Notes under the pieces: model-generated
The model's database searches: none
Seen by the model: the letters and a program-made list of their open reading frames with translations, nothing else
Told to the model about the DNA's origin: nothing
Position numbers and translations under genes: made by a program
In this document: piece by piece, positions 12,086-25,093 of the stretch
Layout of the letters: every line of letters begins with the position of its first letter
How positions within the stretch are numbered: position 1 is the first letter of the stretch
From: Prasinococcaceae sp. CCMP 1430
Taxonomy: Eukaryota; Plantae; Prasinodermophyta
Assembly: GCA_013416795.1 (NCBI GenBank)
Contig: RQSC01000027.1
Span: 590,416-654,415 of the forward strand
DNA length: 64,000 bases
Direction: 5' to 3'

Positions 12086-13448
12086 TCACTCGCCCGCAGT
12101 GAGCTCCTGCGGACGCTCCCACGTCCACATGCCCGTGAGCGCGTGGAAGTAGTAGACGGGCCCCTGCGGCCCGGCGTAGTGCATCGTCCATCCGTGCGAC
12201 CCCGCCGGCATGGCCTGACTTTGCGCGGGCATGGCCTGACTTTGCGGTGGTATGAAGCCGGGGTGCGCCTGCGGGTGAGGCGTGTGCGAGGGCATCTGGG
12301 GGGGGTACATGGCCGCCATCGCCGCGTGCTGCTCGTACGTGTTGTCGTACGCGCCGGGCGGGTAGAAGCCGGCGGCACTCCCGCCCTGTGGCATGGCACC
12401 CGGGTTGTACATCCCGCTCGCGGCGGCAGCCTGCATCAAAGCGAATTGTGCCTGCAGGCTGGCGACAGCGGCCCCCGTCGAATGCCCGTTCAGCATCTGG
12501 GGATTCGTCCCCACCACGCCAGCGTGCATCAACTTCTGCGCGCCTTGGTGTGACGACTTGTCTCGCGACGACCTTTGCTTGCCGCTCCCGCGACCACCGC
12601 CGCCCGCGGGTCCGCTCCCGTTCGGCCAACGTTGTCGCGACTCGCTCGCGGCCATCTCGCTCCGCGGCACCGCGGGTTTCACCTCGACCTGCTTGCCATC
12701 GATGACGTGGAAGCGCGTCGCCAGCGCGCTCTGGAATCCCGCGTCCGACTCGAAGGTGACGAAGCCGAAGCCGCGCGGTCGCTGCGTGGTCACGTCGCGC
12801 ATCACCAGCACCTCGGACACCTTGCCGAACTGCTCGAAGAAGGCCTTCATGGAGGCTGTTGTGCGGGAACGGCGCACGTGCGCGGTGGCGACGGAACAGG
12901 CGCGCAGTGGGACGCGATGGACCGCAGAGGTCCGGCGAAGGTCAGCGCGAGGCGGCGGTCGGGATGGGGTGGCTGGGCGCGGACTCCGCCTCGCGACAGC
13001 GACCGTCGACGGCGGGCCCGAGAGCAGCGCACGTGCGAGCGTGGGCGCTCGTACCTTCATCTTGCTGACTCGTCAGCCCCCCGACAAAAATCTTTGAGTG
13101 TGACTTGCCTCCACCACCTCCCCCACGCCCGGACGGCCCCTCGCCGGCGCTGCTCCCGCCGTTCTCGCGCGCCGCCGGCGCCTGCGGCCGCGGACTCTCG
13201 CCGTCCGCGGTGGCATCCTGCTCTTCCTCCTGCGTCTCTGTCGGGTCCTGCGCTGGTGCAGGGGGGTCGGCCGGGGCAGCGCCCGCCTCTTTCACCGCCG
13301 TCACGCGCGGTGCGTCCACGACCTTGGTATCCACCGGCACGCCCGCGCTCGCCGCCTCGACCGCGCTCGCCGCCTCGCCCACCAGCTCATCCGGCCGCAG
13401 CACCTCGAGCGGCTCGGCAGCGGCCGCGCTGTCTGCGACCACCACCAT
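12086..13448 (-). CDS. RRM RNA-binding protein (Musashi/DAZAP-like RRM) with a C-terminal WW domain
   Basis: RNP2 KIFVGGL and RNP1 RGFGFVTF, split by an intron; C-terminal GWTMHYAGPQGPVYYFHALTGMWTWERP is a WW domain. Confidence 0.88.
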
Positions 13449-13687
13449 GGCTGCTGCTGCGCAAGTCGCCTCTGCGGCGCGCCGAGCGCGCGCGCCCTGC
13501 TCCCCTCGGGTGTGCCGCCCCTCCCTCCGCAGACGGGCCGCGCGCGGCCGCGCCGAACGGGCACGCGGTGTGCCCGCGCAAGGCGGGGAGAGGTGGCAAG
13601 AAGCGCCATGGCAAGTTAGGCCGCGGCAAGCACGCTGCAGACTCGATCTCACTGCCGCGGATTGTGTTCTGCGTCACCGAGCAGCTC

Positions 13688-14295
13688 ATGGGCGTGGGGT
13701 CGGATTACCTCGTCTACGCGCCGCAGACGTTGCCGCCAACTCTGCGCGTGTTTTCGCTGGCGACGGCGCAGCACATACGCGACTTCGTGCTATCAGACCT
13801 AGATCAGAGTGCGTGCGTGGACTCGGTGTGGAGCATCTCGTCGCAGGACGCGCTCAAGGCTGCTGAAGAGAGGGCGCTCTCCGAGGCAGCGTCGGCCGCC
13901 GCGCAGGGCGGGGACAAGGAGCCCAGGGAAGCGGATGAGGCACTCGCCGAGAGGAGACGAGCCGACGCAGGTGGGCGGCGCGCGATGAGGCTATACCCCC
14001 TTTCCCCCCTTGCACCCCTTCACCCCCCTAACGTGCCGCTCGCGCGAGCTGGTGCTGACCGCGCGCGCGCGTTCTCGCTCTCGCTTTGGCGGATTCCCTC
14101 GCTCGCGCAGGAGCCTCAGGCACCGCTGAGGGCTTCGACGTGAGCGCGGTGACCCTCGCGCTCACGCAGGAGGGCTGCGCGTCGGCCTTCGTAGTGGTAC
14201 TGGACCTGCACGAGGCGAGGGACACGGCGCTGACCAGCGTGGTCCGCATCGCCTCCGCCGGGCGCACGCCACAGCGTCAAGCCACCTCGCCCGAG
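13688..14295 (+). CDS. Hypothetical protein, truncated at the single N at 14296
   Basis: MGVGSDYLVYAPQTLPPTLRVFSLATAQHIRDFVLSD..., intron about 13971-14110, frame open up to the N. Confidence 0.5.
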
Positions 14296-17200
14296 NCGCG
14301 CGCGGCCGCGCGCGCGCGGCCGCGCGCGCGCGAAAATAAAAAAAGGAAAAAAAGGGGGGGGAGCGCGCCGCGACCGCGGATGCGTTTTGGCCTCTGCGCC
14401 GCCGCAGGCGCGCGCGCGCGCGCTCGCCAACGCCTCCGTTTTTTTTTTTTGGCACGAGCGGCGCGCGGGGCGCGCGGCGGGAAAGGGAAGGGGCGCGCTC
14501 GCGCTCCGACCCCAACCCCACACGCATCTGTTAAAATTACAATGATGTACTTTACAAACCCTGTATCAAATGAACCCTATTTCGAGCCAAACGGCGTGCC
14601 CGCACAAAGTGCGCGTGCGCCCGGCGCGCGCGCGCGCGCTTCATCGGGCCCGTCCCGTCGGCGGCGCGCACCCGCGCCCGCCCACACACCCCTGCTGCCG
14701 GCGGGCCCGCGGCGAGGACGCGCGCGTGCCGCTGCTGCTGCTGCAGGTGTGCGCCGTGGGCGCGAGGCGCGAGTGAAGCGTCGGTCGATCGCGTCACACG
14801 CACCCGGCCAGGGGGGGACAGACCACTGACTGAGCCTCGCCCGCGCACACACCCAGCCAGGAGGAGAACACGCTCGCACCTCACGCCGGTGCGGCGAGCT
14901 GCTGGCGCAACACATGGGAGAAAAAATCCGGCGAGGCGGCTCGGTCTTGGCCTGGGCTGGGCGAAGGCAGCCAGCCGCGCAAGCACACGCCCGCAGGCGG
15001 CGAGCGCTCGCCCCCTCGTCGAGCCCACGCGCAGCCCCCCGCCTTTCCGCCTTCTCTCTCTTCTGTCCCCGGCTGGTGCATTCATTGCTGGCGGAGCCCG
15101 CGCGCTCGAAATTGCGCAGAATATCTACTGCACAAGCGCTGTACTGTATGCATACGCAGTGAGCGTTTCTAACCCTACCCTTACCGCGCGCGCGCACAGT
15201 ACGATCGATCGATCAATCAAACTCGTTTTTTATCCCAACCCTAACCCCAAGCCCCCTCAGATCAGTTTGTGCTGCGAGCGCGCTTTTCGGAGGCGCGCGC
15301 CAGCCGCCGGCAGCCGCCGCGGGGCTTTTTTGTGTGCGGAGGGGGTCGCCGCCATCAAAACGCACTCGCGCGGCGCCCCGGTTCTTTGCTGTGTTTTTGT
15401 TTGGGGTGGTGGGCGGCGCCACACGGCACGCGGGGGGCGCGGTGATGGGGGGGAGGGCGCCTGCCCGGAGGCGGGGGAGGGCTCGCCGCTCGCCGCTCGC
15501 CGCTTCCCCCCGACCCGTCCCCTCCTCGACGTCGCGGCGCTCGCGGGCGCGCGCCGCTCGCTCCACGGCCGGGGCGATGCGGGCGTCGACGCGGGCGGTC
15601 CTCCCGAGGAGGAGGGGGGGATGAAGGGCGGAGCGGCGCCAGGTGGAGAGGTGCGGGGCGCGCGGGCAGCGGAGCGTAGGGGTGCCGTCGTGGCGTGGGT
15701 CGAGAGAGGCGATCGACGAGGTGATGCTCGCGGCGCGGCGCGGCGCTTCTAGGGGAGCTGCGTGCGTGGCGGGGAGGCCGCGCGCGCGCCACGCGACCAG
15801 GCGCCGCGCGCTGCCTCCACCAAACCTCTGAGCCCGGCGTGGGCACCCCTACCCCACGACCGGGCATGAATGGGAGGCGAGAGGCACAGGGTGATAAATC
15901 CCCCCCTCGGACGGAGACGCATGAGAGAGGGGTCTACATGAGCCCGACATGCTTGCGTGCGCGAGCGCACGCCCGGAGCCGCGGGCGTGGCTCCCATGGC
16001 GCCCGCGCTTTCGACGTGCTGACGCGTGCGACCGGCGCTTTTGCACATGTTGAAGCCTCCAAACCAGCTCGTCGCCCACGTGCGGCGTTCGTGCGCTCCC
16101 CCAACCCACCGAGGCACGATTGATGCGCTCAGGAGCGGCGACGCGACACAGGTGCGGCGCCGGCACGCGCGAGCGCTCTGGCAGCCGTGCAGTGACGAAA
16201 GACTTTACGTCCCAGCCAATCCGAACCGCGCACTTGTGCGGATGAAGAACGACGTATCACTTGGCTGTGGTTCTGAGCACGCGGCGCGCCGACGCGGCGC
16301 ATTCGCGGCGAGGCGCGGGCGTGTGTCGGCCTCCTGACATTGGCGCTGCCGTCTGCGCTGCCCTCGTGCAGGTGCGGCCCCCGACACGCCGGTGCGATGC
16401 GACCAGCCCGAGGGGATTGAAGGGGTGAACCTCGTTCGCGCGTGCCTCGAAAGGATGGCTCGCCGGAACTAGGGTGCGTTCCGCGCAGACGCTGTTCGGC
16501 AGCAGCGACCGCGCGGCGAAATGCCTGAGGGTGCACTGTGCCACGAGGTCGTGGTGCACCGATAGAGCACCCTCTCAACTTCATTCGCCGAGAAGAATGC
16601 TCGGATTATCACTCCACGCAGGACTGGCAGAACCACCCCACGCCCTGTACTTAGACACCGAGCGATACCCAGTCGCGCGCTCGCGTCGCCGCGGCTGCTC
16701 CCGCGGCTCTTGGCGCGGTGCTGACCTGTCGGCCTCGTGTGTGTGCGCGTCTCAGTTTGTAGACGGACGGCGAGGCCCCGTGCCGCCGCGATGAGGACGA
16801 ACGCGAGGCCGCAGGGCTCGCTCCTCTCCATCTCCGAGGTGCGTTGGCAGACCGCTGCTGCGCTCTTGCGAGCGCGTGCTGTTGGCGTCAATGACGACAC
16901 CCTGCACAGCTGTATATCAAAGTGCATTGGTGAATCTCTGTGTGCACCCAATCTAAAGTCTTCTTTCACCCGAGGCGCCGTGCGCGAGGCCTGCCTCTGC
17001 CTCTCGCGGCGCGCACTGGAAGCGAGCTGACCCGGCGAGCGTCGCGCGCTCCTGGCCGGCGCAGATGTCCGGCCCATGGTCCGGCCATTCTTCGAGGCTG
17101 CAGGGCCCATCTCTTCGCGAGGCCTGTGAAGGGCGCGAGGTGCGTGTGCCGATGCGCCGCCCGCCGGAGCGACGCTTGAGCTTGACGCGACAAAGATGCT

Positions 17201-17523
17201 TCCAGTAGTCTCGTTCGTCCGAATGGCGGGGGTCTTGAAGGGACCCACCAATCCCAGCCCCAACCTTGCAGACAATACCATCTGGACCACCACCCATAAA
17301 CTGAGCTCGCGTGCGACGCGCGCACACAGCAGCTGCCGCAAGCGCTGGGGATCGCACTGACGTCGCTGCCGTTGTGACACCCCCTCTTCTTTCCAGGTGT
17401 CAGCCCGCTCGCTCTGGGGCCCACCGACGATGTCCGGCACGCCTCCTCGCGAGCTCCAGGTACGTCTGCGCACACGTCACGTGTCGGTCGCGCTGCGCTG
17501 CTGCGACGAAGGCTCACGGAGCG

Positions 17524-17942
17524 GTGATTATACCAACGAACATCAACACTGAGGACCGGCCCACCTTATTACTAGCGCGTGCAGGGTCGTTTGTATCTAT
17601 GCTGGGCATATCTAAGGGAATGACGCTCTCTGCGGGCGCTCCTGGCCTTCGGCCGCTCGGCTGCACGCGTGCTAACGCAAGCCGCGGCGTCGCCGCCGCG
17701 CACCACCTGCGCGCGTCTTGCAGCAGCGTCGAGGTTGACCGCCGACAGGTGGGCTGGGTGCTCGAGACACGGCTTTGGTGCTGCGAAGGTAAGCCCGTCC
17801 GGCACTTGCCAGCGCGGCGCGGTGCACGTGCCAGGGGTGGCAGTGATTATACCAACGAACATCAACACTGAGGACCGGCCCACCTTATTACTAGCGCGTG
17901 CAGGGTCGTTTGCATCTATGCTGGGCATATCTAAGGGAATGA
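17524..17942 (+). repeat. 100-bp direct repeat pair (17524-17623 and 17843-17942), one mismatch
   Basis: gtgattataccaacgaacatcaacactgaggacc...ctaagggaatga occurs twice, 319 bp apart. Confidence 0.95.
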
Positions 17943-20900
17943 GCTTCACCCCACTTCGCGTGTGTTTGCTCCCTGCACCAGTGCTCGACCGGCAGCTGAC
18001 GCGGCGCTGTATCCGCAAATCTGGACCTGCTTACGCGGGCGCCGCTTGCAGGCAACCCGCGCTCGACGCCGTCCGGATATTGGTGGATGCCAGAGTCCTC
18101 GCCCGGAGAGGCCCGCATGGTGCGTAAGGGGGACGGGCGCCGTGCGTGCTGCGATGTGCGGCGCCTCCAATGCCGCCGCATTGGCGCGGCTAGCGCCGCA
18201 CGCAAAGCCCCTTTTGCCCCTCGTTCCCTCCTCTCATGAGGGCGTGAGGCTTCCTAAGATTCAGAGGCGAGAAACCTGGCGCTTGGGCATGGTATTCATG
18301 GTTTCCCGGGGTAACTGACATTCGCTTCGGCGGGACAATATGGAGCCTAATCAAGTTCCGCACATCATCGCGCCGTCGGCGCGCACTGATGAGTTGAGCG
18401 CCTGGGAGGCAGTGAGCTGACACATGCGCCACTACTGCCGTGCACGCGTGCGAACAGGTGCGACGACGCTGGTGGCGGTGCTCGTCGGCGTCATCGGATC
18501 GAGACGCTGATGAGATGGTACGAATGCGCGCGACTCGCTCGTCGCGCAAGACTGAGCGCGCCCAGCGAGGACAGACTATCGCAAGACATTAAGCCGGCGG
18601 CCCGCGGCGGGCCCAAAACCCTAGCGATGCGCGAGGCGGTGACTAAGATCTGCGTAGAACATCGGTGGCGGAATGTCTGACTTGCTGTGACCTCCTGAGC
18701 AGCATGTCCTGGTTTAGAAGCCACACATTCGACCGCGCATGTGCGCTCTCTCGATCTGCGAACGACGGCTGAGGCTGACGCTCGGCACCGCCTCTGCCGC
18801 ACATGACCCGATCCTCAGCCGCTTCGGGCCCGCAGGTCGCCGTGCGTGCGGCACGCACGACAAGGTACGACGTGTGCGCGGCGCAAACGAGCAGGTTCCT
18901 TTGCTGCCGCTGCTTCCGCTGCCTCACACGCCTGTGTGGCCACTCGTCCATGGGGCCCCTCAGGTCTTTAACAGAGAAGGCAAAGACCCACAACGCCAGC
19001 GTCTAAAACCATTGATTTCGCATGTCCGTTGCGTGTTGATGACCTAACTCTGGTATATCACTCCCGCGCGCACCAAACACGCTTGATTTCCTCAGGTGGG
19101 ACCGCCCGGCGACGATGGCTTGGCAACAGGGGCTGTGCAGTCCGCAACCCGACGGCGTTGAGCAGGTGCGTGTGCCGCGCGCGCGTGGGGGGATGGGGTT
19201 CGCTATCGCAGCATGCTTGGGTGGCACAGGTCAACCCCGGAGCTTCACCCTCGAAACCACCGGGTAGAAGGTCCCAGTACCAGTGCCAGAGTGACTGCCG
19301 TGCATCGTGTTACGGTCTCATCAAGGACTCAACATCCGATGGTGTTACCGCGTCAAAAATGCCGGTACAGTTTGATTCGCGCTGGTCGCGAGGCGCAACG
19401 GCGCGCGCCGCAGGCGTAGTGTCCCCGCCCCGCTCAGCCTCATTTCATCGTGTGCTCGTGCTGATATGCTGCTGGCCCTGACTTACCCGCGAAGCTTCAC
19501 AGGTAGGCCTCGATTCGCCATGCGTGCGCTCAGGTGACTCGAGCATCTTCGGCTGTGCATGAAGGTATTGAGTGCTGCGCCACGAGCCACGCAACCTTGA
19601 GCGCAATCATTGCCTCCCTTGCCACGGCGGGCGGAGCTCCTGACGGAGCCACGACATCTGCTGTCTAAGGGCACGGCTAGAAGAACCTGTTCGCCTTAGG
19701 AAGCTGGGGCTGCTCAATCAATGCAGGACCCGGTGCCATTGCTGAGTGATAACATTTTCGCCCACGCGGTTGCCGCGTTGGGGACGAGAGCCAGTGCCGC
19801 TGCGTTGGTCGTGTGTGCTGACACACGTCTGGCGTGGGCTTGATACAGGACGTGGCTTCAAGAGCAGAGCGCGCCAGTTACTCCGTGATTTGAGGTGCGC
19901 ACTGCTGTGGTGCCGTTGCCGCGCGCATAAAGCTTGCGCGGAACGCGATACGACGGTCGAGCCTTACGCCCCCGCGGATTTGACTGCGGTGCAATGCGCA
20001 CGAGCTCAACATTTACGGTCGCAACAATGAAAGCAGACGCACGAGCGAGCAAGCCTGACGCATCAGTGTGGCGCCAGGCACGCACGTGTGCCTTCGAAAA
20101 CTCGCCCTGCCTCGAGCTGTGCAGTGCTGCCGTACTCGCACGACGGCAACCAGCTTGCTGACGCGCTGCTGCCCTCGTCTGGCAGGTTCGACGCTTGGAA
20201 CGGCAGCCTGTGCCTTGTGCCAGACGCCGCTGGCTTCAGGAGACTGTGACAGGTGCGTCGAATTTGCGTGCCCTCGTGCTGCTCTGGTTGCAACGGCTGT
20301 GGGGCCAGGCCGCGCTGGGGCTGATTATAACACAATGCCACAAAATTCGTAGGGTCGCGATAGCGGCCTCTGCAGACAAACCTTCTTTCAGCAATGAAAC
20401 GCTTGGCTTATGACCCTCCGCCGCCACCCTGCCGGCGCCTGCGCGCTCATGGCTCGGAAATTGTTGCGCATGCGCTGACGACAGCGCCGCTGCTGCCGCG
20501 ACCACTGCCAGGTAACCGGTAGGCTGTCTCTGGGTGGCCCACGGACGAATGGTCCGTTTGTCGTGCGTTCCAGCGCCAGCTGGCGCCAGACCAGGTGCCG
20601 TCATTCTCGGTACGTGAATCATGCGCGCCCGTGTATGGTCTCTAGTAGCAGGGAAGAGCGCGCGAAGATTGCGGCTGATGACACACATTACGACGGTCTC
20701 CTGAGAAGCGGACTTAACCCCCGCACAAAAAACTCTGCTGATATTTCGTATGTCTTACGCAACACCGCTAGGCGCCAATGCCGTCAATTTGGTGTGCACT
20801 TCGAATAGCGGCTAACCAATCTGATGCTTGCGATGCTATGCAGGTCTCTCGGGAGCTCGTAGGTGGCTTGGTCCGGGTGCCCTCGGGCTAGCAGGTACGC

Positions 20901-22298
20901 AGCGCGAGCGCGCGTACCCGCGACAGCGACGCAAGTCGATGTGGCAGCTGATGATACACATTCTACAGTTATCCCTGTCTGAGAGAGGTTAGGCCCTTCA
21001 TAGTGCGGATACAACCTTTTGGTGAATTCTTCTGATGCCTCCTTTCGTGGGCTCTCACGCTCGTGCTTGCTGGGCTCGCGCGCTGACGCCCTCGGTGATG
21101 TGTCGCTTTTGCAGGACCACGACGCGCTCGATGGTGCGAGAGATGGAACTGCTACACGGGCATACGACAGACGGTTAGGTTCATCCAGTCGAGGTGCGTT
21201 GCGAGCGCGCGGCGCGACCGCCGCAGCTGCTTTTGCACGCGCCTCCCGTGTCTCCGAATGAGCACGCCTGGTCCGATATGTCGCCGGCGTGTTTTGAATG
21301 GCGGGTAGAATAAAGCGTGGCCTCTCCGGGCTGAGGCAGCCCCTGCAATGAACCTGCAGTTCGATTTAAGGCCGCGGACATTCTCGTGGCCGCCTGGGCG
21401 CCACCGCTGCGCTCCTTGCGCTTGCCGTCGGACCGTACTGCTGTGCTGGCAGCTTACTGACCTGAACCCGCGCCGCGTCGTTCAGGTAAGTCTCCTCTTC
21501 GCATGGCACGCGATGCTACCGCCCGAGCAGCGTGGCGACACGGCGGTGCCGCAAGATGTGATGACTCTTCGAAACCAATTATACATGTTAGACTTGCCAG
21601 GTTCTTCGGAATCGATGAGCACGAAAACTCGATTTCCTGATTCAAGCTTGCACGCTGCACGAATGCTGGTGAAACATGAAAGCGCTCGGCGGGCAGCTCT
21701 GCTGACACGACTGGCGCGCGCTCTGCGCTCGACGACATCGCAGGCCGACGCCTGGCACGCACCTCGGCACGGCAAAGGCCGTGCGAAGTGGTCCTCTGCG
21801 GTTTCGATTTGTACTCAGGTGCGTCAAATGAGCGCGTGCGCCTGCCACAGCCCTTCGCGCGGCTGCGTCGACAGCACTGATGTATACCAATTGAATCGTT
21901 GCTACTATAGAGCTTCGGCGATGAGAAGAAACTCAATCTACCACAACCAAGATCACTGAGCGCATGTCGACACGACTCAGTCGAGCGTGTGCGTCGTGAC
22001 CAGTCAGGACCTGTCGCTGACCTGCGGCTCCGTCGTGCGTGCGCCTTGCAGGCACATACGGCTACGGAGACGCGGCCCCACCAGGCTGGTGTTTTTGAAC
22101 ACCGACACCTACACAGAGCTTCCATCGATCATCACCCCCGCCCTCCCGAGCTTTCCGCCCCCTCCACCCTCACCCTCTTGATGCGCGCGGGCCAGTCTTA
22201 GAGCGAGCGAGCGCTTGCTGCGCAAGCTCTTCAACGCGAAGTTACTTTTGAGAAGGACTGTAAACGGCGCGTCGAGGCGACAGGTTGTAGCGCTTGAG

Positions 22299-23927
22299 CT
22301 AGAATCCCGAGAAGCTGATACGCTGCGGATGAGGCCCCGAGTCTTCGGACGAGGTGCACGTGGCCTGGGCCTTGCCACCTGACGGCAGCTTATCGGCAGC
22401 CGCAGCGTCGCCTACTACGTTTGGGAGCATCGACTCGACGCCCTTCAGTCCCTGCTTGTTGTCCGCGCCAGCGTTCGCGAAGAATTTGCTCGCGCTCATG
22501 AAATCGCTGTCGGAAAAGCCGAGCTCGTCGGACTTGGCACTGCCCATTTCAGGTGAGCTATGGCCTCTCCCCCCGGCATCATCATCGCACTCCGTGTCGC
22601 TACTTGGCACAGCCATGGATCCGGCTCCGATCTGCGGTGGCGTCACCTTGTCTTCGTCTGCAACAGTATCAAAGCCGCCGAATGCCTCACCGATGCCCAC
22701 GCTCGGCGTGGGATCAAAGCCTGGGAAGCCACCAACACCAGTGCTATCGGGAGCGCTGTCTGCTGGCGCGCCGCCGACGCCAACAGAGAGCCCGCTCTCG
22801 GGCGAGCAGCTGCCGGCCTTGCTGCTTGGTGCTGCACAATTGTCGTCCGAGTCGACGTCATCAAGTGGCGAGCCGAACACCGGGCGCCCCGCGGACTCGG
22901 AAGGCATGGCATGGGAAGCGTCGCTCCCGCTGTGGGAGGCAGTCCGCGAGTGGCGGCCGACGGACGACGGCGTGCGCTCTATAAAGACCATGTTGGTGTT
23001 CCAGCGCACTCCCGCTGGTGTCTTCCCTGTCTTGAGCTGCGCGACGCGCTTGCGTATGGATGCCATGCGCTCCGAGCTCGCCATCGGCGTCATCGCCGTC
23101 TCCTCGTCCGCTGACGCAGGCTTTGGCCCGTCGGCGGTTGGGACGAAGGTCACTGCGGGGTCGTTTGGGCCTGTTTGCATGCTGGCGAGCTGATCGGCGA
23201 GCCGCCGCGCTTCGGCCGCGACGTCGTTGGCGCGCGAAGTCGTCGGCTCGGCCGCAGAGTGTGTGGGCGCCAGCGCGGGCACGGGCGGCGCTGCGGCTGC
23301 CTGCTCACGTTCGTCATGCAGCTGCTGCTGGATCGCCTCGGCGCGCAGCTCCGCCGCATGGGCACGTTCTCGCTGCTCTCGAACATCTGCTTCAAGCTCC
23401 TCCACCTTGGTGGACAGCGCCGCCTTGTCCTTCTTGAGCGCATCGACAGTGCCAAGCAGCGCACCGCCCGCCGCGGCCTCAAGCCGCGAGCGCGCCGCTG
23501 GCCTCGGCGCGCCGGCATTGGCGTCGCATGCGAGAGCTGCTGCGGCAGCGGAAATGCGCGACTCGCCATCACTCCCCCTCTCTGACGCGTCCCCCTTGTG
23601 CGGCGCCAGGCGGCGCCCGCTCGCTCCTGCGCCCGAGCCCGTGCCCGCGCCCGTGCCCGCACACTCTGCGGCCGAGCCGACGACTTCGCGCGCCAACGAA
23701 CGCTGTCCGCGCCGGCCGACGGCTGGCTCACACGCAGAGGGCCAGACTTGAGCATCGCGGCCGGCGAGTGCGGCCGCCCCTGATGCGCCGCCGCTGCGCT
23801 CTGCGCCGCGCCCCCCTCCGCGTGGCGCCACTGTGGCGCGCACGCGCGCGTGCGCGCGTGCGTTTCGCGCGGCCCTCGCGAAATAACAACGAGCTTCTCC
23901 CGTCGCCAACGGCCGCACCACCATCAA
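22299..23927 (-). CDS. Hypothetical coiled-coil / low-complexity protein; start uncertain
   Basis: 542-codon ORF with heptad-like VDALKKDKAALSTKVEELEADVREQRERAHAAELRAEAIQQQL followed by a Ser/Gly/Asp-rich region. Confidence 0.6.
   Translation of the reverse strand: MMVVRPLATGEARCYFARAARNARAHARVRATVAPRGGGRGAERSGGASGAAALAGRDAQVWPSACEPAVGRRGQRSLAREVVGSAAECAGTGAGTGSGAGASGRRLAPHKGDASERGSDGESRISAAAAALACDANAGAPRPAARSRLEAAAGGALLGTVDALKKDKAALSTKVEELEADVREQRERAHAAELRAEAIQQQLHDEREQAAAAPPVPALAPTHSAAEPTTSRANDVAAEARRLADQLASMQTGPNDPAVTFVPTADGPKPASADEETAMTPMASSERMASIRKRVAQLKTGKTPAGVRWNTNMVFIERTPSSVGRHSRTASHSGSDASHAMPSESAGRPVFGSPLDDVDSDDNCAAPSSKAGSCSPESGLSVGVGGAPADSAPDSTGVGGFPGFDPTPSVGIGEAFGGFDTVADEDKVTPPQIGAGSMAVPSSDTECDDDAGGRGHSSPEMGSAKSDELGFSDSDFMSASKFFANAGADNKQGLKGVESMLPNVVGDAAAADKLPSGGKAQATCTSSEDSGPHPQRISFSGF
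23225..23698. repeat. Inverted repeat, 39 bp perfect (23225-23263 / 23660-23698), extending imperfectly to about 62 bp
   Basis: cgttggcgcgcgaagtcgtcggctcggccgcagagtgtg and its exact reverse complement. Confidence 0.92.
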
Positions 23928-24624
23928 AACACAAGCGCAGGGGAGCGATAGTAGGGTTCATATCTAGTCGTCCGATGACTCATTTTGAACCTCTTCTCCG
24001 ACGCATTCGGGATCAGAAGATGCGGGTTTTGTCATAAACCCCAAAAGGAGTCGATGATCAAAATCCGCTCGCACCTGTGCCTTCAAGAGGGTGTGCGTCT
24101 CGCTCCCAGCCATTCGATTTTGATGTACCTTCGGCGCATTCATCGCGCGTGCATGTTGTGGTTTGGAACCAACCCAAAACAGGGGGCAGTGGGGAAGTGG
24201 GGCGCGCGAGGCACGCCGCTGCACCGATTTGGCGCTGCTGCACGCACCGCAGCCCGAGCCCCACGCAATTTGGCGCTCCGCGGTTTCCGAATTTGCACGC
24301 GATTGTACATCGCGACGCGCGGAACGCCGCGCGCAGAACGCCGCGGTGCCGGTTCCCCGCCAGGCCGGGCGCCGCCGCGGGCGCGTCGTCGCTACGCTAC
24401 GGCGCAGCAAGAATCAAGTGTGGGAAGGGGGTACTGTAGTTGCGTGGGGGTGGGGCGGGGTGGCCGGCCAGGGAGGATCGGCGGAGGCACGTGTCGGTGT
24501 GGAGGGTCCGGAGCTGGGCGCGGAGAGGCGCCACAGGGCGCACAAGAAGCTGTCGAAAGGGGGGTAAGAGTACTGCGTGGCAAGGGGAGGAGAGCCGCTG
24601 GGCGCCGGCACCGAACTCGCGACA

Positions 24625-25050
24625 ATGCTCGGCGGCGGCGGCATGGGGCGCTCGCGCGCGACGATCGCCGCGGCATGCGGCGTTGCGCTCATGGCGACCG
24701 GCACCCACGCGAGCGAGCACCACTTCTGGTACAACGTCGTCACTGGCGAGACCGTCGCAGTGTCGCCGCTCCCGACCAAGCACGCCGATCCTGTGTCGGG
24801 CAGTGACTACTGGGCGATGCCTGATGGCAGCACGCAGTGGAATCGTCCGACCGAGATGGCGTGGTACAAGACTGAACACCAAGCCAAGGTGCGCCACCCT
24901 GCCGGGCGCGAGCGCAGCCGATCATTGCCGCGAGCCACACCGGCGCAGCGAACCCGCACACGCTGTCGACGATGATCGTGCGAAGACGCGGACCAGCCCG
25001 TGCAGGTGCGCGTGTTCTGACGCCTGCCGCATTCTCACGCGCGGTGCCGC

Positions 25051-25093
<43 letters not shown>

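Noticed and set aside
17270-17310. FMGGGPDGIVC resembling the YqaJ/lambda exonuclease SPDG motif (minus strand)
   Set aside because: No following E-x-K motif; the + strand splice signals argue for the other strand.
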